Made by a program: the position numbers and the translations under genes. A stretch of DNA of 64,000 nucleotides from an uncultured bacterium. GTDB lineage: Bacteria; Fidelibacterota; Marinisomatia; Marinisomatales; J089. The notes under the pieces were generated by a model. It searched no databases, was not told the DNA's origin, and worked only from the letters and a program-made list of their open reading frames with translations. Shown piece after piece: positions 41,863 through 50,986 of the stretch (the first letter of the stretch is position 1; each line of letters opens with the position of its first letter). The stretch lies in NCBI GenBank assembly GCA_964535735.1, contig CAZHTM010000008.1, positions 8,707 through 72,706 of the forward strand, read 5' to 3'.

Positions 41863-42672
41863 ATGATTGCACAACGTTTGTTTCCAGTGGGGACGCCCCG
41901 TCACGAACGGGTTTTCAACCTGGTGAAAACCATTGATGGTCTGGATGATTTAAATCCATTGGCCTGGTTTGCCCTTTGGTCATTATTTACGGCCGGTATC
42001 AGTTCCTATGATGGTTATGTAAACCGTTATATCTTTTGGGATTTTTCACGCTGGCTTCCGGGTATTCTGGGTTTGGCCTTTTGGACAGTCATGTATGTTA
42101 TGGTGCTTCGACCCCGTAAATGGATGGAGTTTTCACCTCAATCTGCAATAACGAAGAAACTCGTCATTCATTTGGCCTTAGCGGAAGTGATTTTCCTTAG
42201 CGGGTGGGCTCATATTTCATTACAGGGATTTTTCATCAGTTTGAGCTATTTGCTGGGCTATGGAGCAATTTTGTTGGTGTACACAATACCTATTGAAAAC
42301 ATGGAATCCGGTGGCAAAGTCATTCCCGATTCGTCCTATCGATTCCGAATTGTTATCACAGGCGTACTCCTTCTGGTACTGGCAATGGGTAGTGGAATAT
42401 ATCGCGATGATCCCGTTTTGAGTACTGCGGCGGTTGTCAGTTTGCCGTTTTATATCGTGGCTTTATTCGATAATCATGTACGCCATGTTCAGCGACTGCG
42501 CTTTTATCCTGCGTTTATTTTTACCGGATTCATCGCGTCGAGGGAAGCTTGGTATTTCATGGCCGCCGTTCTCTTATTCTACTTCCTGCGTCATTTCTAT
42601 TATTTCCGGTTAGGAATCATTCACCCCTCGTTTGGCGTGGATCATGATGAACTTAATTTTGAAACCGAATGA
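41863..42672 (+). CDS. polytopic membrane protein of unknown function
   Basis: 269 aa with about 7 hydrophobic segments. I found no UbiA-type Asp-rich motifs. It has an ATGA overlap with the downstream ferredoxin gene. Confidence 0.6.
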   Translation: MIAQRLFPVGTPRHERVFNLVKTIDGLDDLNPLAWFALWSLFTAGISSYDGYVNRYIFWDFSRWLPGILGLAFWTVMYVMVLRPRKWMEFSPQSAITKKLVIHLALAEVIFLSGWAHISLQGFFISLSYLLGYGAILLVYTIPIENMESGGKVIPDSSYRFRIVITGVLLLVLAMGSGIYRDDPVLSTAAVVSLPFYIVALFDNHVRHVQRLRFYPAFIFTGFIASREAWYFMAAVLLFYFLRHFYYFRLGIIHPSFGVDHDELNFETE

Positions 42673-42854
42673 TCGACATTGCTGAGAATACCTGCGATTT
42701 TTGTGGGGCCTGCGTGAGCGTCTGTCCGCCGGATTGTATTGAAATACAAGAAGCCAATATTTTTATCGATCAACAGACCTGTATTGATTGTAATCTCTGC
42801 GTGTATGCATGTCCCCTTGACGTTCTGAGCTCAAATGATACCGAAGAAAACTGA
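42669..42854 (+). CDS. 2x[4Fe-4S] ferredoxin
   Basis: 61 aa with two CxxCxxCxxxCP motifs (CDFCGACVSVCP; CIDCNLCVYACP). Confidence 0.85.
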   Translation: MIDIAENTCDFCGACVSVCPPDCIEIQEANIFIDQQTCIDCNLCVYACPLDVLSSNDTEEN

Positions 42855-44019
42855 CATTGTGGTTGTGGGCGGGGGACCAGCGGGTTCCACCTTTGCCCTC
42901 CATGCCGCTCAAAGCGGTCTGGATGTGGTGCTATTGGAAAAGGATCGGGACATTGGGGTTCCCGTTCGTTGCGGTGAAGCTGTCAGTGATACGGGATTGC
43001 GCATTTTTCATGAACCAGACCCGCGTTGGATTCGATCCACCATTGATCGTATTCGAATGATATCGCCGGATGAGACCGTGATTGAATTTCCGTTGAAAGA
43101 ATTCGGTTATATTCTGGATCGACGCATATTTGACATGGATTTGGCTCGCTTTGCCGCGGAAGCAGGCACACAAATCTTTACGAAGGCTTATGTGAATGGC
43201 CTCTTAATTGACCATGACCAGGTTTGCGGTGTCCGGGGACTTTATGTCAATGAACCGTTTGAACTGCACGCCCGTTTAGTCGTAGGAGCTGACGGTGTGG
43301 AAAGCCGGGTGGGTCGCTGGGCCGGTATACGAACCCAGCTAAAACTTAAAGACCTGGAATCAGGACTTCAAAAAACCGTTTCTGGAATCGACGTAACTTC
43401 CAATATATTCGAATTTTATCTGTCCCGTAATTGGGCGCCTGGTGGATATTTATGGGTATTCCCAAAAGGACCGCACATGGCCAACATTGGCTTGGCAATT
43501 AACGGATTGGACGCGAAGAACGGACGCTCCGCACGGTCATTTTTAGATGCATTTCTGGAATGGAAATATCCTGATGGCGCCGTGCTGAGTACTGTTGCTG
43601 GTGGTATTCCGGTGGCAAAAACAGTAAAGGAAATGACCGCGGATGGTTTGATGTTGGTAGGTGATGCGGCGCATACTGTCAATCCATTAACGGGAGGGGG
43701 AATTATTTCTGGTATGCGGAGCGGTCTTTTAGCGGCAGAGACGGCGATTGAGGTACTTAAATCCAATCGAAATCCGTCCAAGTCGAATCTTGAATCCTAT
43801 CCAAAGGCTTGGGCCAGCATTGGGGGAAAGAATCACGAACGATTGTATCGCCTAAAAGAGGCGGTTTACCGGCTGAGTGATGAGGAACTGAATTCGATAG
43901 CTCATCGATTGGAGGGCATTCCAGATACGGACCTGTCATTGTTTAAAATATTTTCCACCGCTCTAAGAACAAAGCCATCGCTTTTAATTCATGTAGCGCG
44001 TTTATTTTCGGGAATTTGA
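42835..44019 (+). CDS. geranylgeranyl reductase family FAD-dependent oxidoreductase
   Basis: It has the dinucleotide-binding motif DIVVVGGGPAGS, then PVRCGEAVS and LVGDAAHTVNPLTGGGI. Its start overlaps the ferredoxin gene by 20 nt. Confidence 0.85.
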   Translation: MIPKKTDIVVVGGGPAGSTFALHAAQSGLDVVLLEKDRDIGVPVRCGEAVSDTGLRIFHEPDPRWIRSTIDRIRMISPDETVIEFPLKEFGYILDRRIFDMDLARFAAEAGTQIFTKAYVNGLLIDHDQVCGVRGLYVNEPFELHARLVVGADGVESRVGRWAGIRTQLKLKDLESGLQKTVSGIDVTSNIFEFYLSRNWAPGGYLWVFPKGPHMANIGLAINGLDAKNGRSARSFLDAFLEWKYPDGAVLSTVAGGIPVAKTVKEMTADGLMLVGDAAHTVNPLTGGGIISGMRSGLLAAETAIEVLKSNRNPSKSNLESYPKAWASIGGKNHERLYRLKEAVYRLSDEELNSIAHRLEGIPDTDLSLFKIFSTALRTKPSLLIHVARLFSGI

Positions 44020-46838
44020 TGCTAGATAAAGAATTACTGACCCATTTGGGTCTTCAAACATTTGTCGTATTTGATTTCGAAACCACTGGACTGGATCCTG
44101 AATTCGACCGGTTGATTGAAATTGCCGCTCTGAAGTATGTGGATGGGGAGGTGGATGATAAATTCGTGACCCTGGTTAATCCGGGAATACCCATCAGTTC
44201 TATGATCACTGATATCACGGGCATTTCCAATGAAATGGTGAAAAAATCCCCAAAGGAAGAGGACTTGGTAGCTGAATTCCAGGAATTTTTAGGTGAATAT
44301 CCGTTGGTGGCCCATAACATTTCTTTTGATTGGTCTTTTCTAACGGCCCTACGACGGCGATATGATCAACCGCTACTTTCAAATCCCCTTTATGATACCT
44401 TATCTCTGGCACGAACGTTTTTATTCGATTTACCGGCCTTCAATTTGGGAACGGTAGCCGAATATTATGGTCTTTCAGCGGAAGGTTCCCACCGAGCGGA
44501 AAAGGATACAGAAAATTGTGGGGTTATATTTTTGGAATTGGTGGAAGAAGCAGCCTCGTATCGTTTATCGATCATCACCAAATTACTGGAAATTTTAAAA
44601 CACGGATCATTTCCTAATAAAGACCTCTATTCGGCTTTAGCACGGGAAATGTCACGGGTGGGAAAAACCAAGACCGGGTTGGTGGCGCCTCGACGGGATC
44701 ACCACATGATGAATAATATTTATTTTTGCGAAGGTGAAACCGACATTTCCGGTCTCACGCCCGAAACCGTATTTGGTCCAGAGGGTTATTTGGCGCGTTC
44801 TTTAGACGATTTCGAAGATCGGCGGGAGCAGGTTCAATTCTCAAATTTTGTATCTGAAGTCATTACTGGTGAGCCGGAATTCGGTGTCGCTGAGGCCGGT
44901 ACTGGATTGGGGAAATCGATGGCGTATTTATTCCCGGCGCTGCAAAAAGCATTTGAATCTGACGGGGAAATACCGGTAGTGGTTTCCTGTTATACCAAAC
45001 ATCTCCAGGATCAACTTTTCCACAAAGATTTACCTCAATTAGCGGACGCCATTCAGACCTCGGTCAAAGCGGTAAAATTGAAGGGAAGAAGCAACTACAT
45101 CTGTCTGACACGATTAGACTGGGTGATCCATGACGCGGCCAATATTCTTTCGCCATCAGAAGTGGAATGCCTGCTGCCCCTGATTATCTGGCTGGACTGG
45201 ACCGAAACTGGAGATTTGCAGGAATGCAATGGTTTTTGGGGGAGTCGTCCCGGTCGCGTGGCGTCGATGATTCAAAGCGATCCCGGTTTCTGTACAACCA
45301 ATCTTTGTCAGCAACATCATGGATGTTATTTCGGCAAACTTCGGCGGATGACCTATGAAGCCAATCTTATTATTGTCAATCACGCCTTGCTCCTCTCAGA
45401 AATGACCAATCCCGGTCTTTTACCCGCTTATGATACAGTTATCATTGATGAAGCGCATAATTTGATACCCACGGCATACGGACAATTATCCCGAAGCCTG
45501 GACTTATTTTACATCACTACTGTACTCCAATTGATTGATCCAACTGCCCTAACCAATAAACGGTGGAATGAACAGGTCAAAGCTCTAGCCAAGCTATTCC
45601 CAGAATTAAATGATCTTTATTCTACACTTATCAGTGATATTCAAGGTGCGAAAAGCGCGGCGACGTTATTTTTCGAGGCGTTGGAATCGCATTCCCAAGG
45701 ACGCTATAAACCTTCGGATCCTTACACGATCAAAATTATCATTTCCAATCTGGCGGAAGAATATGGCAATGTTCACCACGAGTTAACCGCATTTATCGAT
45801 GCCCTAAAACGACTGTTGAACACCCTGCAAAAGTGGGTGAATAGCCTGCTGAATAAAGATCCCGGTCGTGACGAATATCCGGAAACTCATGCGGCGTTTG
45901 AACAACGTCAGGAACTTATTCAGAATTTATTGGAAACCCTGATTATCCTCACGCGAGATGTGCAACCGGGGTGGGTGTATTGGCAAGAAGGATCGTATAA
46001 ACAAAACGATCGAAATGCGAATTTGTATTTATCTATTCACGGCTCTCCTGTCGATTTAGCTGAGGATTTATACACCAATTTCTTTTCAAAACTGGACTAC
46101 TGCCTCCTGACATCGGCGACCTTGAGAGTGGACGACCGTTTTGATTATTTCCTCAATCGGATTGGTTTAGGGACGTCCAGGGCAGAATCAGTCCGGACAG
46201 CTGAATTCCCCAGTCCTTTTCATTATGATGATCAGGTGACCTATCTACAATATGCGGGCTCACCATCTATTACAAATGATCCCAAAGCAATTGCTCAAGT
46301 GATTTATAACCTTCATCAGAAGTACAATCGGCGGATCATGGTTTTATTTACCTCCTACCGATTGTTGGAAGGGACGTATCGTTATCTTCGTACTTTCCCC
46401 GGGGGACGGGACATGCCCCTCTTTGCTCAGGTGTATGGTACCAGTCGGTGGGCAATCTTAAAAGGCATGCACAACACGGAAAATGGCATCCTTTTGGGAA
46501 CGAGCGCGTTTTGGGAAGGAGTGGACCTCCCTGGAAATCTTCTTGAAATCTTGATAATCACCAAACTTCCCTTTGATGTTCCTTCCGAACCGATTGTAAA
46601 AGCGTATTCAGCGGCCATATCAGAGCGGGGCGGTAATGCCTTCATGGAATACAGCGTTCCCGAATGTGTAATAAAACTTCGTCAGGGGTTTGGCCGACTG
46701 ATTCGGACCATTCATGATGAAGGAATTTTTGTTATTTTGGATGATCGGGTGGTGACCAAACGCTACGGCAACCATTTTATGGATGCAATTCCCGTTCGGA
46801 TGAATATGGTGGACAGTCTCACACAATTTTCTTCTTAG
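44019..46838 (+). CDS. dinG: bifunctional DnaQ-like 3'-5' exonuclease / DinG-family helicase
   Basis: Exo I is FVVFDFETTGLDP and the Exo III region is HRAEKDTE. The helicase has Walker A (AGTGLGKS) and a DEAH box (VIIDEAHNL), with a Cys-rich insert between them and C-terminal motifs (TSATL, GTSAFWEGVD, QGFGRLIR). The ATG at 44019 sits on a TGATG overlap. Confidence 0.85.
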   Translation: MLDKELLTHLGLQTFVVFDFETTGLDPEFDRLIEIAALKYVDGEVDDKFVTLVNPGIPISSMITDITGISNEMVKKSPKEEDLVAEFQEFLGEYPLVAHNISFDWSFLTALRRRYDQPLLSNPLYDTLSLARTFLFDLPAFNLGTVAEYYGLSAEGSHRAEKDTENCGVIFLELVEEAASYRLSIITKLLEILKHGSFPNKDLYSALAREMSRVGKTKTGLVAPRRDHHMMNNIYFCEGETDISGLTPETVFGPEGYLARSLDDFEDRREQVQFSNFVSEVITGEPEFGVAEAGTGLGKSMAYLFPALQKAFESDGEIPVVVSCYTKHLQDQLFHKDLPQLADAIQTSVKAVKLKGRSNYICLTRLDWVIHDAANILSPSEVECLLPLIIWLDWTETGDLQECNGFWGSRPGRVASMIQSDPGFCTTNLCQQHHGCYFGKLRRMTYEANLIIVNHALLLSEMTNPGLLPAYDTVIIDEAHNLIPTAYGQLSRSLDLFYITTVLQLIDPTALTNKRWNEQVKALAKLFPELNDLYSTLISDIQGAKSAATLFFEALESHSQGRYKPSDPYTIKIIISNLAEEYGNVHHELTAFIDALKRLLNTLQKWVNSLLNKDPGRDEYPETHAAFEQRQELIQNLLETLIILTRDVQPGWVYWQEGSYKQNDRNANLYLSIHGSPVDLAEDLYTNFFSKLDYCLLTSATLRVDDRFDYFLNRIGLGTSRAESVRTAEFPSPFHYDDQVTYLQYAGSPSITNDPKAIAQVIYNLHQKYNRRIMVLFTSYRLLEGTYRYLRTFPGGRDMPLFAQVYGTSRWAILKGMHNTENGILLGTSAFWEGVDLPGNLLEILIITKLPFDVPSEPIVKAYSAAISERGGNAFMEYSVPECVIKLRQGFGRLIRTIHDEGIFVILDDRVVTKRYGNHFMDAIPVRMNMVDSLTQFSS

Positions 46839-46888
46839 GCCTACGGTGCCTGCTTGATATACGTTTCGATGGGGGGGTAAATTTCTCT

Positions 46889-48415
46889 ATGGCAATCCTT
46901 ACGCTTTCCGATCGACGCTATTCCGTCGATGATTTCCGCCCTTTTTTTAATGGACCGGTCCAGGTACGCATTCAACCGAAAGTGCGTTCCAAGATTGTGG
47001 ACTGTGCCCATCGTTTTCAGTCAGTTGTCTCGCAAGATCTGAAAATTTATGGAGTCAATACAGGGTTCGGGAATCTGAGTCAAATCCGAATCAGCCCCAA
47101 AGAACAGGCAAAACTGCAACTCAACCTGGTCCGAAGCCATGCCGCCGGTGTGGGAGAGCCCCTTTCCTTGCCCTTAACCCGGATTGTCCTTTTCCTGAAA
47201 CTGCTCACATTTTCCAAAGGTGTTAGTGGAGTCCGATTCCAGGTAGTCCAGCAAATCGCCAAATTCCTTAAATATGACATTTTGCCTGTGATTCCCATTC
47301 AGGGATCGGTGGGGGCCAGCGGGGATTTAGCTCCTATGGCGCATCTGGCGCTGGCTCTAATCGGTGAAGGTGATGTCCACTTTCAGGACCGCGTGATTCC
47401 CAGTATGGTCGCCATGAAAAATGTGGGGATGGACCCGCTGGTATTGGGCTCCAAAGAAGGCTTAAGTCTGATCAATGGAACTCAAGTATCCACCGCGTTA
47501 GCGATACAGGCCGTTCTGGAAGCGGAAAATCTGCTAAAACATGCGGACATCATTGGAGCCATGTCCGTGGAAGCCAGTTTATCGACCAGACAGGTCTTCG
47601 CTCCTGAAATCCACAAGCTGAAAGCGCACCCCGGGCAACAGACTGTGGCTCAAAATATTTGGCGGTTTTTGGAAGGGAGTGAAATTGTGGCCTCACATGA
47701 GGAATGTGATCGCGTGCAAGATCCCTATAGCCTCCGGTGTATGCCCCATGTTCATGGAGCTTCTCGGGAGACCTTCGGCCAAGCCAAAAAGATGGTGGAA
47801 GATGAAATCAATAGTGTAAGTGATAATCCCCTCATTTTACCCGATAATCAGGTGGCAACTTCGGGGCATTTTCACGCCGAATTTATCGCTCAGGCGATGG
47901 ATATCTTGGCTATTGCTGTGAGTGAAATTGGGGGGATTTCGGAACGTCGGATCCATTATTTCATGAAAGGGATTGGCGATCGTTTGCCACCATTCTTGGC
48001 TCACAATCCCGGTCTGGAATCGGGAGCCATGATTGCACATGTTACGGCGGCGTCTTTAGTGTCGGAAAACAAAACCTTAAGCCATCCCGCGAGTATTGAT
48101 TCGATTCCCACGTCCGGTGGACAAGAAGATTATGTGAGTATGGCACCCTGGGCGGGACGTAAAGCGCTCCAAATTACGGCAAATGTGACCCAGATTCTAG
48201 CCATCGAGTTATTGGTCAATACACGAGCCATTTTATTGTTTTACAAGGGATTGAAACCAAGTAAAGGAACTCGACCGGTTTTGACCTACTTGAAGCGATT
48301 TATTCGCTACCAGATGGGGGACTACCCGGTGGCCTATGATATACGCATTTTGCGTGATATAATATCTCAGGGGAATCTAGCCACTCTTCTTCAGAAATAT
48401 GTTAACTTGGAGTAA
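46889..48415 (+). CDS. hutH: histidine ammonia-lyase
   Basis: The MIO-forming triad is in [14 protein letters not shown]. It also has YGVNTGFG and LVRSHAAG, where the Ser-His selectivity pair favours HAL over TAL/PAL. Confidence 0.9.
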   Translation: MAILTLSDRRYSVDDFRPFFNGPVQVRIQPKVRSKIVDCAHRFQSVVSQDLKIYGVNTGFGNLSQIRISPKEQAKLQLNLVRSHAAGVGEPLSLPLTRIVLFLKLLTFSKGVSGVRFQVVQQIAKFLKYDILPVIPIQGSVGASGDLAPMAHLALALIGEGDVHFQDRVIPSMVAMKNVGMDPLVLGSKEGLSLINGTQVSTALAIQAVLEAENLLKHADIIGAMSVEASLSTRQVFAPEIHKLKAHPGQQTVAQNIWRFLEGSEIVASHEECDRVQDPYSLRCMPHVHGASRETFGQAKKMVEDEINSVSDNPLILPDNQVATSGHFHAEFIAQAMDILAIAVSEIGGISERRIHYFMKGIGDRLPPFLAHNPGLESGAMIAHVTAASLVSENKTLSHPASIDSIPTSGGQEDYVSMAPWAGRKALQITANVTQILAIELLVNTRAILLFYKGLKPSKGTRPVLTYLKRFIRYQMGDYPVAYDIRILRDIISQGNLATLLQKYVNLE

Positions 48416-48417
48416 TC

Positions 48418-49881
48418 GTGTCTAAAGAATTTCGACCAGGCTATACCTTCGATGATGTGCTTTTGGTGCCTCAGGCTTCATCCGTACTTCCCCGAGATGT
48501 AGATATAACCACTATTTTAACCCGATCCATCCACCTCAATATTCCCATATTAAGTGCCGCCATGGATACAGTGACGGAATCCGAGATGGCCATTGCACTA
48601 GCCAGGGAAGGAGGGATCGGTATTATTCATAAAAACCTCACCATCTCCGATCAAGCCAAGATGGTGGATCGGGTGAAGCGGTCGGAAAGTGGTATGATTA
48701 TGGATCCCATCACGCTGGACGTAAATAAAACCATTCGGGACGCTAAGGCCACCATGGCGCATTATCACATTAGCGGGCTTCCGGTTGTCGATGGGAAAAA
48801 ATTGGTGGGCATTTTAACCAACCGAGACATTCGATTCGAAACCAACCTTGATTTGCCGGTGAAACAATGCATGACCAGTGAGAATTTGATCACGGTTCCC
48901 ATGGGCACGACATTGGAAAAGGCTAAAGAAATATTACAAAAGTATCGGATCGAAAAACTGTTGGTGGTAGATAAGAAGGGACAGTTATCAGGATTAATTA
49001 CGGTCAAAGATATCCAGAAAAAAGAGATGTATCCCAATGCGGCAAAAGATAGCAATGGCCGTTTACGGGTCGGAGCTGCCGTGGGCGCTGGCGCGGATGC
49101 TGTGGAACGGGCGCAGGAATTAGCCCGAAATGCCGTGGATGTTATCGTAATTGACACAGCCCATGGTCATTCAGCCGGTGTTTTAAAAACGATTGATAAA
49201 ATTAAAGCATCCGTAAGTAGCGTGGATATTATTGCCGGGAATGTGGCCACTACGGCAGGAACTCAGGCTCTTATTGATGCCGGTGTGGATGCTGTCAAGG
49301 TGGGAATCGGCGCCGGCGCCAGTTGCACAACCCGAATTATTGCCGGTGTAGGTGTCCCTCAATTAACCGCGATTTTCGATGCGGTGGATGCCGCTTCAAA
49401 AGCCGATATCCCCATCATCGCCGATGGCGGAATCCGCTACAGCGGAGACGCGGCCAAATGCCTGGCGGCGGGAGCTCAAAGTTTTATGCTAGGCAGTTTA
49501 TTGGCGGGAATGGACGAAAGCCCTGGAGAAACGATCCTTTATGAAGGTCGTCAGTATAAAGCCTATCGCGGCATGGGCTCACTGGGCGCTATGAAGGAGG
49601 GGAGTGGCGACCGGTATTTTCAGGAAGGCACGGAAGCGACCAAGCTGGTACCCGAAGGTATTGAAGGAATGGTTCCTTATCGCGGACCCGTACGGCAAAC
49701 GATTCATCAAATTGTGGGGGGCCTCAGAGCCAGTATGGGGTATTGTGGCGCTGCTTCGATTAAGGAATTCCCGAATAAAGCAGAGTTTATACGCATGTCC
49801 TTGGCAGGAACAAAAGAAAGCCACCCTCACGAAGTAAGAATCGTGAAGGAGGCTCCCAATTATCAGGTGAATAAGAGTTAA
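48418..49881 (+). CDS. guaB: IMP dehydrogenase
   Basis: It has a GTG start 5 nt after GGAG. It carries [10 protein letters not shown], a CBS pair, the catalytic-loop [11 protein letters not shown] and GGIRYSGD. Confidence 0.95.
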   Translation: MSKEFRPGYTFDDVLLVPQASSVLPRDVDITTILTRSIHLNIPILSAAMDTVTESEMAIALAREGGIGIIHKNLTISDQAKMVDRVKRSESGMIMDPITLDVNKTIRDAKATMAHYHISGLPVVDGKKLVGILTNRDIRFETNLDLPVKQCMTSENLITVPMGTTLEKAKEILQKYRIEKLLVVDKKGQLSGLITVKDIQKKEMYPNAAKDSNGRLRVGAAVGAGADAVERAQELARNAVDVIVIDTAHGHSAGVLKTIDKIKASVSSVDIIAGNVATTAGTQALIDAGVDAVKVGIGAGASCTTRIIAGVGVPQLTAIFDAVDAASKADIPIIADGGIRYSGDAAKCLAAGAQSFMLGSLLAGMDESPGETILYEGRQYKAYRGMGSLGAMKEGSGDRYFQEGTEATKLVPEGIEGMVPYRGPVRQTIHQIVGGLRASMGYCGAASIKEFPNKAEFIRMSLAGTKESHPHEVRIVKEAPNYQVNKS

Positions 49882-49882
49882 G

Positions 49883-50137
49883 TTAGGATAGGGAATTCAA
49901 ATGCCGCGTAATTTGCGCTTTCCGGCGGGCGGCAGTGTTTTTATGAATGAGCCCGGTTTGGGCCATTTTGTCTAAAAAGCTAACCGTTTCTTTATAGATG
50001 GGTTCGGCGGTCTGTAAATCCGTTGACGTCAATACCCGTTTAACCAGTGTTTTCATCCGGGATTGATTTTGGATATTACGTTCGCGCCGTCTCACATCCT
50101 GACGTGTACGTTTAATTTGTTGGGGATGTCTGTCCAT
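49883..50137 (-). CDS. rpsT: 30S ribosomal protein S20
   Basis: 84 aa, highly basic, with IKRTRQDVRRRERN..NQSRMKT and HKNTAARRK. Confidence 0.9.
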   Translation of the reverse strand: MDRHPQQIKRTRQDVRRRERNIQNQSRMKTLVKRVLTSTDLQTAEPIYKETVSFLDKMAQTGLIHKNTAARRKAQITRHLNSLS

Positions 50138-50170
50138 TGTGTCCTATTAAGTTAAAAAATTAGACCGGAA

Positions 50171-50198
50171 ATTATTCCCTGGCGTCGATGGAAGTCAA
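50171..50198 (-). promoter_or_regulatory. candidate sigma-70-type promoter for rpsT
   Basis: On the minus strand, TTGACT (50198-50193) is followed by a 16-nt spacer and AATAAT (50176-50171). The -10 element lies about 34 nt upstream of the rpsT ATG. Confidence 0.35.
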
Positions 50199-50244
50199 CA
50201 ATAATGGCGGATATTTACGGTGGAAATTTGTGCCCTCTGGAAAG

Positions 50245-50260
50245 TTTCAACCATTTGAAA
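50245..50260. promoter_or_regulatory. perfect 6-4-6 inverted repeat TTTCAA-CCAT-TTGAAA, candidate Crp/Fnr-family operator
   Basis: It lies 28 nt upstream of the Crp/Fnr-family gene start (50288), inside the 150-nt rpsT/crp divergent intergenic region. Its geometry resembles FNR-type sites (5-4-5). Confidence 0.3.
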
Positions 50261-50287
50261 AATTCTCTAAAACCGTTATCTTTTACC

Positions 50288-50968
50288 ATGGATAAGATTA
50301 AACTTCTGCAATCAGTCCCTCTGTTTAGCGACCTGAGTGACTCCTCACTCCGAAAAATTTCTGACCAAATGATCACCCGATCGTACGCCAAAGGCCAGTT
50401 GATTTTGATGGAAGAAACTGTTGGTGAAACATTTTTTATTTTAGCAAATGGAAGTGTGAAAGTCACCCGAATGAGCGACGATGGACGCGAGGTAATTTTG
50501 GCCATGCTAGGTGAAGGGGACTTCTTTGGCGAAATGTCCCTGTTGGATGGCGAAGGTCGATCAGCCAATGTCATTGCGATTGAGGACACGGAAGCCTTAA
50601 CGATTAAACGGGGTGAATTTTTAGGTATTTTAGAACGATACCCAAAAATCGCTATTAAACTGTTGGAAGAATTAACCCGGAGACTGAGACGAAGTGACCA
50701 ACAGATTGAAAGTTTATCCTTAAGTGATGCCGAACAGCGAATTTCAATTGCACTGATTCGGTTGGCTGAAGAGCTTGGCACGATAAAAGGAGGCGCCGTC
50801 ACGGTTAAAAATTTGCCATATCAACAGGATATTGCTAACATGGCAGGAACATCAAGGGAAACCGTTTCCAGAATGTTTAAACTACTTGAAGAAAAAGGAT
50901 TCATAACCCGTGAGGGGAAATCGCTAACAATCACGAGTTTCGCCAATTTCTGCAAAACGTTTTCCTGA
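50288..50968 (+). CDS. Crp/Fnr family transcriptional regulator
   Basis: The ATG at 50288 gives MDKIKLLQSVPLFSDLS. It has a cNMP-binding beta-roll (GDFFGEMSLLDGEGRSANVIA) and a C-terminal HTH (QQDIANMAGTSRETVSRMFKLLE). The track start at 50204 adds a non-homologous extension. Confidence 0.85.
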   Translation: MDKIKLLQSVPLFSDLSDSSLRKISDQMITRSYAKGQLILMEETVGETFFILANGSVKVTRMSDDGREVILAMLGEGDFFGEMSLLDGEGRSANVIAIEDTEALTIKRGEFLGILERYPKIAIKLLEELTRRLRRSDQQIESLSLSDAEQRISIALIRLAEELGTIKGGAVTVKNLPYQQDIANMAGTSRETVSRMFKLLEEKGFITREGKSLTITSFANFCKTFS

Positions 50969-50986
50969 TAATCTGATATATATTCC

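Noticed and set aside
41863-42672. The 269-aa membrane protein next to ferredoxin/GGR as a UbiA-type prenyltransferase (DGGGP synthase-like).
   Set aside because: I could find no NxxxDxxxD or DxxxD Asp-rich motif in predicted loops. The only acidic cluster (IDGLDDLN) lies in the N-terminal soluble stretch with the wrong spacing. I keep it as unknown.
46871-46877. G7 homopolymer 12 nt upstream of the hutH start, as a possible phase-variation tract.
   Set aside because: Seven G residues is short for slipped-strand switching. The run most simply serves as the purine-rich RBS. No other contingency-locus features are present.
50215-50802. 195-aa minus-strand ORF opposite the Crp/Fnr gene.
   Set aside because: It has a low-complexity Ser/Ile/Arg-rich translation and lies fully antisense to a gene with clear cNMP-binding and HTH motifs. 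It would also overrun the rpsT promoter region.
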